Shown in pieces: positions 51,031 through 64,000 of a DNA stretch of 64,000 nt. The notes below the pieces were generated by a model that was not told where the DNA came from, searched no databases, and saw nothing but the letters and a program-made list of their open reading frames with translations. This stretch comes from Eledone cirrhosa (taxonomy: Eukaryota). Both the position numbers and the translations under genes were made by a program. The stretch lies in NCBI GenBank assembly GCA_964016885.1, contig OZ024743.1:276024001-276088000 (forward strand), read 5' to 3'. Numbering within the stretch: the first letter of the stretch is position 1; each line of letters begins with the position of its first letter.

Positions 51031-53094
51031 TATCAATATATAATGGTTATACTACATACAAGAAACACATACACTCATGATACTAGGCTAAATTTTACAG
51101 GTGCTGGTGTCTTGTGTCATATAAACCAACAAAAACATTTAGTGCATCTCTGAATCATATTTCATTAAGCACTCTCATCCCAAATCAAGATTTCAATCTG
51201 AAACACTCACAAGCAATGATTATACTATATACAAGAAACACTCATACCTACACATGCACAAGAATCAACGAAGGAACTTCTACATGTTGGCTTGACGTAC
51301 TAGAAATAGTCAAATTTTCCTTATATCACACCATACCATCTTAAAAGAGGGGAATGTCACTTTGCATAATGTCGTCCTTGATACAGTTTCAATTATATAT
51401 GGTATGATTATATGATATATTTCATCTGGTGCTCTTAACCTTATAAAAAACCAAATGATGAGAAGCCAAATTAACCAAAATCACATCCACAGGATCTCTC
51501 AACAGCTGGGTATCAATAGTGATTCTGCCACAAAATGCACCAAGCCCATTCTGGGGCTGGGGCCTTAAAAAACATCCATTACACCATGTAAAGTGGTTGG
51601 CATTAAGGACAGCCAGCCATGGAATCTATAAAGATGGAACGTAACAAGCAAAATGAAGTAGGTCACCCTGACCCATCTAGTCTCAGACCCTGACAACTTG
51701 TCGAACTCATGCTTCCATTGAAAGCTGACATAAGATAATGATGATGGTGATGAAAATAATGATGATGGTGATGAAAATCATGATAGTGGTGGCGGTAGTA
51801 GTGATGTAAGACCAGAAAATTGCAGTATAGCAGAATATCTGGTAGCTGCTAAATTGTTCTTGCTACTGTTGAAAAATGCAAACAGTTCTATGGAATTTAT
51901 TCATTCAATTGGGATTTTTAAATGAATTTATAAAAAAATTATTTTGGAAGTTTATATTCGGCTAAATAAATATTTAAACAAGGCTGAAATTACAAATTTT
52001 ATACAAACACTTATTAACTAAACTCTCTTTGGAATACTTTAAAATGAATAGTGATTTACTTTTGTTTTTATATATTTTTTTTTTAAAGAAGAAAAAAATT
52101 TTAATTGAGACAAGAGATCTGTATACACACACATACGTGAGATAGAGATACAGAGCTAGAAATAAACACACACACACATTCAGAGAAAGAGAGAAGAGTA
52201 GGTACGTGTGTGCTTAGAGTTGGGCTATGGAGAGAGAGAGAGAGAGAGAGAGAAGCATGTACATGTGTGTGTTTACAGTTGGGCAGATAGCTATTAGCTT
52301 TTGTTTTCTCCGGATAGAGAGAAACAGAGAGAGAAAGAGAGTGACTTTAAGAAGCTGCTCCTGTTCCACTACATTAATACTGAGAGGGAGGGGGGAGGGG
52401 GGTATAAAACAACAATAAAAAGAAAATGCAGTAATTACAGAGACAAGTTTTTACTGCTAGCTTGTTCAACATTGCCACTTGTAGCCTGGCTCTATAACAG
52501 TAATTGTCACCCTAAAATGATAGTGTATCATGAGGAATACTTCAGCCCATTTGAGAAAGGGGCAGCAATAGACAGCGGGGTAGCAATTTAGTAGGTGGAT
52601 TGGATTGGCTCAACTGCTTTACAACAATATCCCCAATCAAAACAACAACAGCTATAGTGCTTTGTTTTAAAAAGAAACATTGTTGGCTGTTTTTTTATTG
52701 TTTTTTTAAGAAAATATATTTCAAACAAAACTTTATCCAGGTAATTTGCCTTGCTCCTTTTCTGCAAATCAAGTTACTGTTACAACTCACACGTATGTAA
52801 GGTTTAGCTGACCTCCTACAAGGTTGCATCTCATATGAAACTCGTTGGATATTTCGATGGCAGACCCCCCCCCCCCACACACACACACCCAGTCCTATCA
52901 TAAAAGGTTAAGATACTTACAACACAACCAGGTTTCCAAAATAGTCACCATTTAGGTTACTAACTTATGTTAAAAGATGATTCATTTCAAAATACTCGAA
53001 TATATTTCTCAGATAAAATTACATGAAAATAATGAAGAATTCAATATTTTGTCAAACATAGAAAAAGATAGTAGCACTGGAAAGAACTATAAAT

Positions 53095-53154
<60 letters not shown>

Positions 53155-53518
53155 ATCATCATTGTTTAGTGTTCATTTTTATACAAATATATATATACAT
53201 ACACGTATATATGAATAGATCCTCTCCCTAAAACTTTTTTCGTTTTATTTAATGTCTTATTAATATTAAAATGGAGGGATTTGTTTGTTAAATGTATGTT
53301 CTCAGGACAAACTAAGCTAGGGAGCCTCTCAGCAGTCTCTAAAGTATGTATTATAATTACTAATTTATAAGCTTGGTAAATTTCTAGTATGCCCTTACAG
53401 TATTTGTCCATTTGGAATATGATTAAATGAATATTTATGAACAGAGACAATGTAGTGTGGGAGAAGAGTTTTTAGTCTGGTTGAGGACTTGACAACCTCC
53501 CAAATACTGGTGTCACAA

Positions 53519-53788
53519 TCATCATCATCACCGTTTTACGTCCGTTCTTCCACGCTAGCATAGGTTAGACGGGTTGTCCTGCTGTGGGCAGTAGCCGGTC
53601 GGCTGACCATGCCCTGCTCATACGGGAACTGATTCTGGCTTAATTTCTACAGCTGGATGCCCTTCCTAACACCAACCTCATTTTACAGTGAGTGCTGGGT
53701 GCTTTTTTTCTGTGGCGCCTACACGTCCACTTTACAGTGTGGGCTGGGTGATTTTTTGCCGTGGCACCTACACGACCATTTTGCAGTG
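53519..53788 (-). mobile_element. Short 5'-truncated copy of the 16.3-18.0 kb RTE 3' UTR, nested in an older plus-strand tail remnant
   Basis: Reverse complement nearly matches 17740-17992. Flanks (TACTGGTGTCACAA ... AAAACCCTGTACATTCTGTTAAGTGGTTGATATTAGGAAGGGCAGCC) join into an older copy of the same tail motif. Confidence 0.85.
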
Positions 53789-55344
53789 CAAAAACCCTGT
53801 ACATTCTGTTAAGTGGTTGATATTAGGAAGGGCAGCCAACCACAGAAACCATGCTGAAAAATGAAATATGTAAGATAATGGAGGTGACTGAACTTATCAA
53901 TAAAAGAACTCATCATCACCATCGTCATCATCGTCTGCATCATCAATGTCTGTTTTCCCTGCTAACAAGGATAGAAGTAAATTCGAATGAGAACTAGCTC
54001 TGACTGTAATGACCCATTCAACACATAGCAGCATGGAAAGCATACACGTGATGATAATGATGGGGATATTTTGTATATTTGAATTAATAGCACTACCAAG
54101 AAAGACATAGTACATGTTTTCAACATTTTCTTTAAATATTCAAGTATTTGGAGAGACTTTATCCAATTAACATTTTTTTAAATATATGTTTGTCTTTGTT
54201 TTCATTAATAATTTTGGAATATGATGGAAGGTTTTAATTTAAATATTGAACACTTTTAAACGAGACATTTTTTTTTTTTTTTTGTTCCAGAACAGAAAGC
54301 AGTGGTAGCATCATATAGAGTGGTACCATAAATGGTTAATTGATTGTTCTCTTCTCCTCAATCAACCCAGTGCTGCATTTATATAAGAAATCAATAATTT
54401 TGATTCTGTTGACCAAGCAGCACAAGTCCTATAAATTTTGTTGAGGGGTATGGAAAGATTCCAATCCATTATTACTGGTACTGAATTTATTGATTAGAAT
54501 CAATAAAATCCAAAATTGAGTTTGATAGAATCAAATACATTCAAGTGTGGCATTAACCAGTTAAATTCAACACTGCCAACTATGTTGTTGACATCCTGCC
54601 TTAGTAATAATAATGATGATTCTTAAGATTGGCACAGTACAGTCGATAAACTCTTTTAATACTAAACAGCCTGAAACCTGCCCTGGTTCTACAATACTAA
54701 GCTGCTATTTATTTTAAAGTGTTCATATTTCTCTGAACACCTTCCATCATAATTTTATGTAAGACTATTTGTTAAGTCATGTTTTAAACACCAGCTTAAT
54801 AATAAGTTAGATGTATTATGAAATCCATCAAAATCCTTGATATTTTCAAAATTATTTGAAAATTATAGAGTCTTCCATTAGATAAATGGTACCAAAGGGT
54901 TTATATTGAATCTGAGTACTAAACAGGTACTTATTCTTTACAAGACTCTGGAAGAGTGTAAAGTAGTTAAGTCAACCCCTGGTAGATTCCTAACTCAATG
55001 TGGTACCCAGTATATGAGGACCTTAAGTCTACAGACTGCGTATCTGCCCAGTACCACTCTGCTGAGTGCGATAATAATACACGGAATGGCTTAAATCACA
55101 AGTTTTCTCAGAGTTGACCTAGGGCTAAACAATAACAACAGTAAATCCCAACAGGCTTATAAACTCAGAGAGTAAATGTATACAACTAAACAACTACAAA
55201 GTATTTTATCTGGCATTCTACAGTTGCATTCTTCATGCTTTATATAATAATAATATAGACACAGTGTATTATATCAACCTCAGTGTATAACTGGTACTTT
55301 GTTTATTGACCCTTTTGTTCACTGCTCTATCTAAATTCACCTAA

Positions 55345-55552
55345 TAACAATGATTTCTACTTTAGGCATAAGGCAAGCAATTTTGGGGGAGGCAAAGTCA
55401 ATTAAATTGACCCCAGTGCATTACTGGTACTTTAATCTTCTCGAACCCATAAATATGAACGGCAACACTAATCTAGGTGGGATTTGAACTCAGAACATAC
55501 AAGCCATAACTATATGCGGCAAAGTCTGTTGTCAGACACTCTACCAATCCAT
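55345..55552 (-). mobile_element. Family B SINE copy
   Basis: TTTCTACTTTAGGCATAAGG ... GGATTTGAACTCAGAAC ... ACTCTACCAATCC. Confidence 0.8.
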
Positions 55553-56157
55553 AATAACAACAACAATGATGATGAAAAAAAAAACCAATGATAATACAAA
55601 CAGTGTCAAATGGTAAGCAGTACAGGTTAGTTTTCTTACAGGTGAGATGACAGTCACCTTATGACAGCAGGTGAAACTTCAAATTAAACAGCTATACTAT
55701 ATAATGATTAACTTATCTAGCTTGACAAGACAGACTGCCACTCAAATAGAAAGATGTTAAATGCTAGTGTTGGAGAAGGGAAACAAAAATGATTATAATT
55801 ACTAACTACATACACCAAACAGCAAGACGCATCTATCTATCCTCACACATACACTAACATGAAGCGTTATATACCCCACATCATTCCTTAGTTCCTCCCT
55901 CTAGCTCTCATTCATATATATGAGACAGACAGAGAGAGTACATACACACACATACGCGCATGTCCAGAGAGACTTCACACAAGTAATATGATTGTAGCTT
56001 CTTGTGTCATCTGCCCCCCCCCCTCACTCCCAGATACCCACAAACATATATACATGTACATAAACACATACGCATGTTTAGAGAGACTTTGCACAAGTAA
56101 TATGATTGCAACTTCTAGTGCCATTTAATTTACAAGAAATAATATATGTGTGTGTGT

Positions 56158-56216
<59 letters not shown>

Positions 56217-56680
56217 AGAGAGAGAGATAGTTGCAATGACAGCAAGAGAGAGATAGTTGCAATGACAAGCAAAAAAAAAAAAAAAATATTAATGTTTAAA
56301 AATAGTTTAGTTTCTCTCTTATCTGACCAGTTAAAAAAAATAAGAGACAGACAGACTAAGGAAAATAATAATTAAACAGCAGTAGATTAGTAAGAGATGT
56401 AATGTACATGCTAAGGATACCAGACTAGTTCTGTTACAGCTGTTGTTGTTGTTGAGTCAGGTCTGCTTATTGTATAGTAAACCTATGGCATGCAAAATGG
56501 AGTAGATTTCAGTGAATTTCGGTCAGTTTTGATGAGTGTTCCAGTTGTTCAATCAATGGAACAGCCTGTTGATGAAATGAATATGTAAGTGGCTGAATAT
56601 TCCATAGACACGTGTATCCATAACATAATTCTGAAAGGGTATTCAGCATGGCACAGTGTCTGTATGTGTGCTCCTTTGAA

Positions 56681-56909
56681 TTAACCCTTTAGCATTTAAA
56701 CCGGGCATATCCAGCCAGAATTCTCTCACCTCTTTCTGTTCAAACTAGCCATACCATAACCGGCTGCTTATGCTTATGTTAAGGTATTGTCCTCAAAATA
56801 AATATCAAAATCTCGTAGATTCAATATTATGTGAGATATTTATGTGAGGTGATGTATACCACTAAAATACAATAGTATATGTAGAGTAATGTAAATGGTG
56901 AAGTGTTAA
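56681..56909. mobile_element. Same piggyBac-type MITE
   Basis: TTAACCCTTTAGCATTTAAACCGG start; decayed right TIR. Confidence 0.8.
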
Positions 56910-57486
56910 AGGTACAGTCGATCCGACAAGCTTCCAAACAGTTTCCGTCTACCCAATTTTATTTACAAAACGTGTTAACCCAAGGCTATGATAAACAACA
57001 CTTGTCCAAGACACTAAGCAGTGGGGTTCGTCACCAAGCAAATTTCTTAACCATTTCGCCATACTACAAGGAAAATAGTTAATAGTTGATTGAATGTTTA
57101 AAAGCAACAGACTAACAGACTAACTATCTAACTAGCTCACTCACTGCACCAGACACAGTATGATTCAGTCAGGTTTGGCTGTACTGTTTTATGTTGTTTT
57201 GCTTTGTGTTTTTAGGTTGCACTGAGTGCAGTGTGTGTATAATGGCAGTCTAGGCATGCTATACAGAATTACAATAAGTTGCACAGCAAAATATGTTGTT
57301 GTTAAGCTCTAAACAGCAAATTGACAGTGTTGCCATTGTTAGTGCAGTATTTCTTTGAGCTCTCTACATTCTCTGGGTTCAAATCCCACTGAGGTCAGTA
57401 GGTGTTTGGTGTTGCAGATACTCCAGATAGCCAGGTCTATCTAGCACAAGCTGTCCACTAGCTTATGCTTTAAAAAATAAAAAAAA

Positions 57487-57698
57487 TCCTTTAGCATTTA
57501 AACCAGCTGTATCCAGCCAGAATTCTTTCACCTCTTTCTGGTTGTAACCGACTCCTCGTACTGACGTTAAGGTATTGTTCTCAAAATAAATAATATCAAA
57601 ATCTCATAAATTCGATATTATGGGATAATTATGTGAGGTAAAGTGTTTACCACAAAAATACAATAGTAAACAGTGCCATGAAAATGTTAAAGGGTTAA
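57487..57698. mobile_element. Same piggyBac-type MITE
   Basis: CCTTTAGCATTTAAACCAG ... AAATGTTAAAGGGTTAA. Confidence 0.8.
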
Positions 57699-59574
57699 AT
57701 ATACATAGGGTGTAATGTGTGATGACAGTCAAGGCACAAAAGAGTTACAACAGTTTGCACAGACAAATTATACTGTTATTGTTGTTGTTCTTATTTTGAC
57801 AGAGTATTTAGGGCATTGCACAAATGCTTAGCAGTGTTTATTTTGGCCCTTGAGGTCAATAAAATAAAGTACCAGTCACCTACCAGGATTTAAATAACGA
57901 ACATGCTATCCCCTCATTTACCCAAAATTAGAAACCACTAGTTAGCTCCAAACAACAAATTGACAGTGACATTGTTTGAATGACATTTGTTCAGGCTCAT
58001 TGAACTCTCTCAGTTCAAATCCCACTGAAGTCATTTTTGCTTTTCATCCTTTCATGGCCAATAGATAAATAAGGTATGTATCAAGTATTAGGGGTCAATT
58101 TAACTGGCTTATCCTCACTCTGAATTTCCCGACTATTCAGAATTTAAATAAAACAAGTAATTTGTATGGGGTGTACCTCCTCTCATTTTTTAAAGGAAAT
58201 TTTGCAGCTTTATCAAGCAATTAGAGTCAAAACAAATTCTTTTGCTGGCCTGTGTCATGTACAGTCCCATTTGGTGCCACATATACTCTAAGTTGATATG
58301 CTTCCCAAATGAACTTAAGCGCCTATTTTCCAAAGATTCATAAAACAGCGATCCTACAAGGGGTTATGGTTAATGCCTTGGTTAGAGATTGTATAGGAAG
58401 TAAATATTAATACTAGTTTAGGGGTGTAAATGTTAAAGACTCAGATGAGATAGTCTGCAGTATCTGATCTGACTGAGCATTCTGAGTTCATATCTAATCT
58501 TTTTCTACCAAGAGTTACAACTCGCAAACTGGCAGCTAGTATCACAAATGGAAAGACCAATGGAAATATGGTTTCTTTGGCCCAATCTGACAATCATCTC
58601 TTTTCCTTTTCTTCACTCCTCAATAAATTTGGAGGCGGGGAAGGAGTGACGGCTATGGCATAACCCCCATCCCTTTCTCTCCCCAACACAATCTGAATTT
58701 CAAAGTTACTCAGTATAAGTCATTAATAAAAAGGCTAACTGTAAATATGAACATATTTTATTCCATCCTCTATTTCAATTAATAGCAAAAACTAATTCAC
58801 TGAAACTAACTAATTCAGTTTGACAAGTCAGTGACAAAAGTATAATTATAATTATAGGTTAGCTGACTTGTTTAAGCTTTTTGCAGACTTATAAAATTAA
58901 TGAATTTGATACATAGAAGAAATAAGCCAGTCTCTGTTATGCTTTTTTTTTATGTTGCTTGTTTGTTTTGTTTTTTGGTCTGTAATTTTTTTTTTTTTTG
59001 CTGTTATGATGTTTTTGTTGCTGTTTTTTTTTTAATTGCTTTTTTTGTGAGGTTGGGATTGGGGCATCATCAAGTTGTCCAGCCAACCAGCATCTTCCTG
59101 CCTATCTGCATCGCTAGACTGCTTGCTAAATAAATGTTAATCATTAAACATCAAGAAACTTCAATAATTCATTTCTAAAAGCTTAAATTCTTCAGCCAGA
59201 CTTCAGACATAGAAGACTACAGAAGCAAGAATTTACCAAGTTAAAAAAGAGAGAGTGAGAGAGAAAACTTTCAGACCCAGGAGATTTCTATTTTATTCCA
59301 TAACATCAACAACACAGCTACCACCACCACCACCACCACCACGGCAACAACAACACAACCACTGCTGCCACCAATAACTTTTCCAACAGAACCAACAATA
59401 CCACAATCACCAATGCCCCCACACACACACTACACCACCACCAATAACAATACCACTACCACCTCCACCAATACTAACATCAACAAACTATGCTGTTTAA
59501 AAACATATGTAAAACAAATTCAAACTATAGAAGTAATTCTGTAAGTAAATGTTTTAGCGCATGCATATCCACAT

Positions 59575-59608
<34 letters not shown>

Positions 59609-59700
59609 AACTATCCAAGCAGGGGGAGAATTTATTTATTTATTTTTTAGATATAAAATATTAAAATTAAACTATTAAACTTATCAGGCTAAGTAAATGG

Positions 59701-59903
59701 TACGAGGGTTTTAGAGGAAAACGAAATGAAATTATAGCCTTAGGAAACCTTATGAAGATGGGCTAAAGAAAAGTTCATAGGCTGATCTGATTATGAAGAA
59801 GTGCATGCATTAATTTCAACCCTTCTTATTAATAATTATATTGTTTCTTACCAGGAACTATGTTGAAAAATAAACCTCATTTGGTGATTCAGTCAAACCT
59901 CAT
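59701..59903. mobile_element. Mariner-like MITE remnant (relative at 34618-34790)
   Basis: TACGAGGG start; shared AAAAGTTCATAG(G)CTGA, GCATTAATTTCAAC and CTCATTTGGT blocks. Confidence 0.55.
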
Positions 59904-60064
59904 ATAAGAAAGTGTAACAACAAAAAGGTAGCTTTAAGAAGGAGGAACACAACCGCCCCACACATGGTTTCATATAAATATCACCCTCTTTTCTTTCCTA
60001 CACACACACTGACTACCACTCTTTATCATCCATAGGCACTCACTTTCCCATGCAGATATGCGCG

Positions 60065-60117
<53 letters not shown>

Positions 60118-60119
60118 AA

Positions 60120-60272
60120 ATAATTGTTTCTACGTTAGGCACAAGGCCAGCAATTACCCAGTGTATTACTGGTACTTTATTTTATCGACCCCGTAAGGAT
60201 GAAAGGCAAAGTTAACCTTGAACTCAGAATGGCAAGGATCGTAACCGACACACTACCAATACTGCCAATCCA
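60120..60272 (-). mobile_element. Family B SINE, short subfamily
   Basis: Near-identical to 47232-47405. Confidence 0.85.
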
Positions 60273-60399
60273 CTGCCTATACACACACACGAAAATAATG
60301 TTACATAAAAATTATTCCAGATCCTGTAATTTTCACTCCTCCAGTTTTGTACAATAAACAAAATTAGATAAAGTGGAGGGATACACATGGAGAAGAAAT

Positions 60400-60682
60400 A
60401 TTGATAGTAGATGGTAATGATGGTGATAGTAGTGATGGTAGTGATGGTGATAGTGATGACGGTGATGATAATGGTGGTGCTGGTGAAAGTGGTGTTGGCG
60501 GTGTTGGTAGTGGTGGTGATAGTGATAATAGTGTTGATGGTGTTGGTGATCGTAGTGTTGGTTATGTTGATGGTGTTGGTGATAGTAGTATTGGTAGGGT
60601 GTTGGTGATGATAATAGTATTGGTGATGATAATAGTATTGGTGATGATAGTAGTATTGGTGCTGGTGGTGATAATGATGTCA
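60400..60682. repeat. Degenerate trinucleotide low-complexity tract (GGT/GAT/AGT)
   Basis: Period-3 RRT/GTT pattern. Confidence 0.9.
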
Positions 60683-60874
60683 TGAAATCATTATTATCAA
60701 TATCACACAAACAGATATTATTGTGTAAGAAAAGCAGAGAGAATCAAATGTGTTAAGGTAAATATTGATACAGTGGTGACTAAATGTACTGTAGTGTAGT
60801 GTATATATATGTAGGGGGGGGGGGGCATATGTATTGATTTTTAATTTAGGCACACAGCCAGCACATACGGGGTT

Positions 60875-63800
60875 GGTTACTAGCTAAAGCCAGTCCCACG
60901 CTGACAGACTCATCAGGCCAGGCCAGTGGTCACTAGCTAAAGTCTGCCCCACTCTGACAGACTCATCAGGCCGGTGGTCACTTAACTAAAGTCTGCCCCA
61001 CATTGACAGACACACCAGACCAGTGGTCACTAACTAAAGTTTGCCCCACCCTGACAGACACATCAGACCAGTGGTCACTAACTAAAGTCTGCCCCACTCT
61101 GACAGACACATCAGACCAGTGGTCACTAACTAAAGTCTGCCCCACCCTGACAGACTCATCAGGCCAGTGGTCACTAGCTAAAGTCTGCCCCACCCTGACA
61201 GACACATCAGACCAGTGGTCACTAACTAAAGTCTGCCCCACTCTGACAGACACACCAGACCAGTGGTCACTAACTAAAGTCTGCCCCACCCTGACAGACA
61301 CACCAGACCAGTGGTCACTAACTAAAGTCTGCCCCACCCTGACAGACTCATCAGACCAGTGGTCACTAACTAAAGTCTGCCCCACCCTGACAGACACACC
61401 AGACCAGTGGTCACTAACTAAAGTCTGCCCCACCCTGACACACATCAGACCAGTGGTCACTAACTAAAGTCTGCCCCACCCTGACAGACTCATCAGGCCG
61501 GTGGTCACTTAACTAAAGTCTGCCCCACCCTGACAGACACATCAGACCAGTGGTCACTAACTAAAGTCTGCCCCACCCTGACAGACTCATCAGGCCAGTG
61601 GTTACTAGCTAAAGTCTGCCCCACCCTGACAGACTCATCAGACCAGTGGTCACTAACTAAAGTCTGCCCCACCCTGACAGACACACCAGACCAGTGGTCG
61701 CTAACTAAAGTCTGCCCCACCCTGACAGACACATCAGACCAGTGGTCACTAACTAAAGTCTGCCCCACCCTGACAGACTCATCAGGCCGGTGGTCACTTA
61801 ACTAAAGTCTGCCCCACCCTGACAGACACATCAGACCAGTGGTCACTAACTAAAGTCTGCCCCACCCTGACAGACTCATCAGGCCAGTGGTCACTTAACT
61901 AAAGTCTGCCCCACCCTGACAGACACATCAGACCAGTGGTCACTAACTAAAGTCTGCCCCACCCTGACAGACACATCAGACCAGTGGTCACTAACTAAAG
62001 TCTGCCCCACCCTGACAGACACACCAGACCAGTGGTCACTAACTAAAGTCTGCCCCACCCTGACAGACACATCAGACCAGTGGTCACTAACTAAAGTCTG
62101 CCCCACCCTGACAGACACATCAGACCAGTGGTCACTAACTAAAGTCTGCCCCACTCTGACAGACTCATCAGACCAGTGGTCACTATCTAAAGTCTGCCCC
62201 ACCCTGACAGACACACCAGACCAGTGGTCACTAACTAAAGTCTGCCCCACCCTGACAGACTCATCAGGCCAGTGGTCACTTAACTAAAGTCTGCCCCACC
62301 CTGACAGACACATCAGACCAGTGGTCACTAACTAAAGTCTGCCCCACCCTGACAGACACATCAGACCAGTGGTCACTAACTAAAGTCTGCCCCACCCTGA
62401 CAGACACACCAGACCAGTGGTCACTAACTAAAGTCTGCCCCACCCTGACAGACACATCAGACCAGTGGTCACTAACTAAAGTCTGCCCCACCCTGACAGA
62501 CACATCAGACCAGTGGTCACTAACTAAAGTCTGCCCCACTCTGACAGACTCATCAGACCAGTGGTCACTATCTAAAGTCTGCCCCACCCTGACAGACACA
62601 CCAGACCAGTGGTCACTAACTAAAGTCTGCCCCACCCTGACAGACTCATCAGGCCAGTGGTCACTAACTAAAGTCTGCCCCACCCTGACAGACACATCAG
62701 ACCAGTGGTCACTAACTAAAGTCTGCCCCACCCTGACAGACACATCAGACCAGTGGTCACTAACTAAAGTCTGCCCCACTCTGACAGACTCATCAGACCA
62801 GTGGTCACTATCTAAAGTCTGCCCCACCCTGACAGACACACCAGACCAGTGGTCACTAACTAAAGTCTGCCCCACCCTGACAGACTCATCAGGCCAGTGG
62901 TCACTAACTAAAGTCTGCCCCACCCTGACAGACACACCAGACCAGTGGTCACTAACTAAAGTCTGCCCCACCCTGACAGACACATCAGACCAGTGGTCAC
63001 TAACTAAAGTCTGCCCCACCCTGACAGACACATCAGACCAGTGGTCACTAACTAAAGTCTGCCCCACTCTGACAGACTCATCAGACCAGTGGTCACTATC
63101 TAAAGTCTGCCCCACCCTGACAGACACACCAGACCAGTGGTCACTAACTAAAGTCTGGCCCACCCTGACAGACACACCAGGCCAGTGGTCACTAACTAAA
63201 GTCTGCCCCACCCTGACAGACACACCAGACCAGTGGTCACTAACTAAAGTCTGCCCCACCCTGACAGACACATCAGACCAGTGGTCACTAACTAAAGTCT
63301 GCCCCACCCTGACAGACTCATCAGGCCAGTGGTCACTAACTAAAGTCTGCCCCACCCTGACAGACACACCAGACCAGTGGTCACTAACTAAAGTCTGCCC
63401 CACCCTGACAGACACATCAGACCAGTGGTCACTAACTAAAGTCTGCCCCACCCTGACAGACATCAGACCAGTGGTCACTAACTAAAGTCTGCCCCACCCT
63501 GACAGACACATCAGACCAGTGGTCACTAACTAAAGTCTGCCCCACTCTGACAGACTCATCAGACCAGTGGTCACTAACTAAAGTCTGCCCCACCCTGACA
63601 GACACACCAGACCAGTGGTCACTAACTAAAGTCTGCCCCACCCTGACAGACACACCAGGCCAGTGGTCACTAACTAAAGTCTGCCCCACCCTGACAGACA
63701 CACCAGACCAGTGGTCACTAACTAAAGTCTGCCCCACCCTGACAGACACATCAGACCAGTGGTCACTAACTAAAGTCTGCCCCACCCTGACAGACTCATC

Positions 63801-64000
63801 AGGCCAGTGGTCACTAACTAAAGTCTGCCCCACCCTGACAGACACACCAGACCAGTGGTCACTAACTAAAGTCTGCCCCACCCTGACAGACACATCAGAC
63901 CAGTGGTCACTAACTAAAGTCTGCCCCACCCTGACAGACACATCAGACCAGTGGTCACTAACTAAAGTCTGCCCCACTCTGACAGACTCATCAGACCAGT
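60875..64000. repeat. 48-bp minisatellite, ~65 units, runs off the window end
   Basis: Unit CTGACAGACACATCAGACCAGTGGTCACTAACTAAAGTCTGCCCCACC with a few recurring variants and rare indels. Confidence 0.98.

Noticed and set aside
60333-60710. His-rich or Gly/Asp-rich protein
   Set aside because: Degenerate trinucleotide tract open in several frames; no splice or domain support.
60875-64000. CRISPR array or repeat-protein gene (400-aa ORF 62276..63478)
   Set aside because: Units abut with no unique spacers and no cas genes; context is eukaryotic. ORFs follow from a stop-free 48-mer and are broken by 1-4 bp indels.

Overview
AT-rich, microsatellite-dense animal non-coding DNA. The repeat repertoire (tRNA-derived SINE arrays, RTE LINEs with (GAT)n tails, Penelope-like element, TTAA MITEs) suggests an octopod cephalopod genome, which is an inference. 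No host protein-coding exon could be supported with confidence. Real coding sequence is all retroelement-derived: a near-full-length disrupted RTE-clade LINE (minus, ~9.4-12.95 kb), a 5'-truncated RTE copy with an uninterrupted ORF (plus, 16.3-18.0 kb), a 5'-truncated Penelope-like element with RT and GIY-YIG (18.1-20.7 kb, cut by a 200-N gap), and an old RTE fragment (39.2-39.6 kb). The window also holds a non-autonomous Helitron, several SINE and MITE families and a >3.1 kb 48-bp minisatellite at its end. The most interesting signals are: (1) a C4HC3 PHD-type finger inserted inside the RT domain of both RTE copies; (2) several hammerhead-ribozyme-derived motifs, including two short fold-back elements that share a tail and bury the ribozyme core in a long hairpin; (3) a SINE whose tail is the 3' UTR of the resident LINE; (4) divergent SINE arrays and other inverted duplicates able to form dsRNA. 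All alignments and folds were read by eye; no searches were run.
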